Shown here one piece after another: positions 63,313-64,000 of a DNA stretch of 64,000 nt. The first letter of the stretch is position 1; each line of letters begins with the position of its first letter. The translations under genes and the position numbers were made by a program. Source of the DNA: Eledone cirrhosa (lineage: Eukaryota); assembly GCA_964016885.1 (NCBI GenBank), contig OZ024743.1, forward strand, positions 258,664,001 to 258,728,000, in the 5' to 3' direction. The notes under the pieces were generated by a model that worked only from the letters and a program-made list of their open reading frames with translations, was not told where the DNA came from and ran no database searches.

Positions 63313-63315
<3 letters not shown>
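63222..63315. repeat. Perfect 41-bp inverted repeat with 12-nt loop
   Basis: ATAGGAACCAGTAAGACCCCGACAGCTGAGCTCAAGCCGTT (63222-63262) and its exact reverse complement (63275-63315). Confidence 0.93.
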
Positions 63316-63344
<29 letters not shown>

Positions 63345-63525
63345 TATATTTGTGTACAGATATTTTTGCATACACAAAAACAAAATATAAACAAACGTAT
63401 TTATTTCACGAAAGCACGGGTGGCTTATCCTCATTGTTACTGCCGATATGCCACCCAAAAAGTCCTAGCCTGGCCGCAAGATGAGATTTTCCAGAAGAAA
63501 AAATGTTACTAGAGCTACAGAGAGA

Positions 63526-63712
63526 CTAAGCTTCGCGATTACCATCAACAAAGCTCAGGGTCAAACCCTAAATGTGGCTGGCCTTCATCTGGGAAAACCA
63601 ATGTCAATTGTATGTAGGATGCTCTAGGGTGAGCTCGCCAAACAATCTCTTCATCTTTGCTCCCGAGTGCCGAACAAAAAATATTGTATACTCTGAGGAT
63701 CTAACAATGTAA
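63526..63712 (+). pseudogene. Helitron-type PIF1 helicase C-terminal remnant
   Basis: Manual translation LSFAITINKAQGQTLNVAGLHLGKP / QLYVGCSRVSSPNNLFIF..TKNIVYSEDL (helicase motifs V-VI) with a frameshift or deletion. Confidence 0.8.
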
Positions 63713-64000
63713 TTTATGTATTTTCTGTTACTTGGAATTTCCATTATGGTTGTACAAATTATTGTAAAGTTTGTTAAAAAATGTGTTCTCTGTTCAACCT
63801 TTATTGTTGTAACTATCAATTTTCTTTAATGTACTGGCTGACAAAAGAAATCTACAATGAAAGAACATCTTAAAGTTTACCCAAGCTAAATGTTGTATTT
63901 ATTAACATTTCTATCTGCTGGTTCTTAGCAAGCTTACTGGCGCTTTAGTATGGTATTCAATTCTCATATCGTTTTTGATTGATATGGTGCATATATCGCA

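Larger units (their letters stand above)
62739..64000 (+). mobile_element. Probable internally deleted Helitron (3' end probably outside window)
   Basis: Begins A|TCTATACTATAAA; contains a PIF1-helicase C-terminal remnant at 63526-63712. Confidence 0.55.

Overview
Eukaryotic, almost entirely repetitive animal DNA with no securely identifiable host gene. The SINE/RTE/(TA)n repertoire resembles an octopus or other mollusc genome (inference). 1-15,859 is a gap-free head-to-tail array of three L1-group/Tx1-like non-LTR retrotransposons (ORF1 with CCHC knuckle; ORF2 with AP endonuclease, RT and C-terminal zinc finger). Each ends in AATAAA plus (ATT)n, and a tRNA-type SINE with the same tail follows immediately. 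Copy A is decayed, B is intact, and C has an intact ORF2 but a split ORF1. 16-23.6 kb holds decayed RTE-like LINEs, SINEs and simple repeats. 23,670-47,446 is a ~24-kb array of a 36-bp satellite (~660 monomers) with two higher-order repeat domains, followed by a 29-bp minisatellite. 48-64 kb is AT-rich, with SINEs, a decayed RLE-type (CRE-like) retrotransposon, fold-back palindromes and a probable deleted Helitron. The best lead is the (ATT)n-tailed, apparently (ATT)n-targeting Tx1 system: self-stacking, divergent ORF1s on near-identical ORF2s, a positionally conserved 5'UTR hairpin, a GTAAGT donor over each ORF1 stop that could splice ORF1 in frame to ORF2, and a SINE sharing its 3' end. All identities are by-eye estimates and family names were not database-checked.
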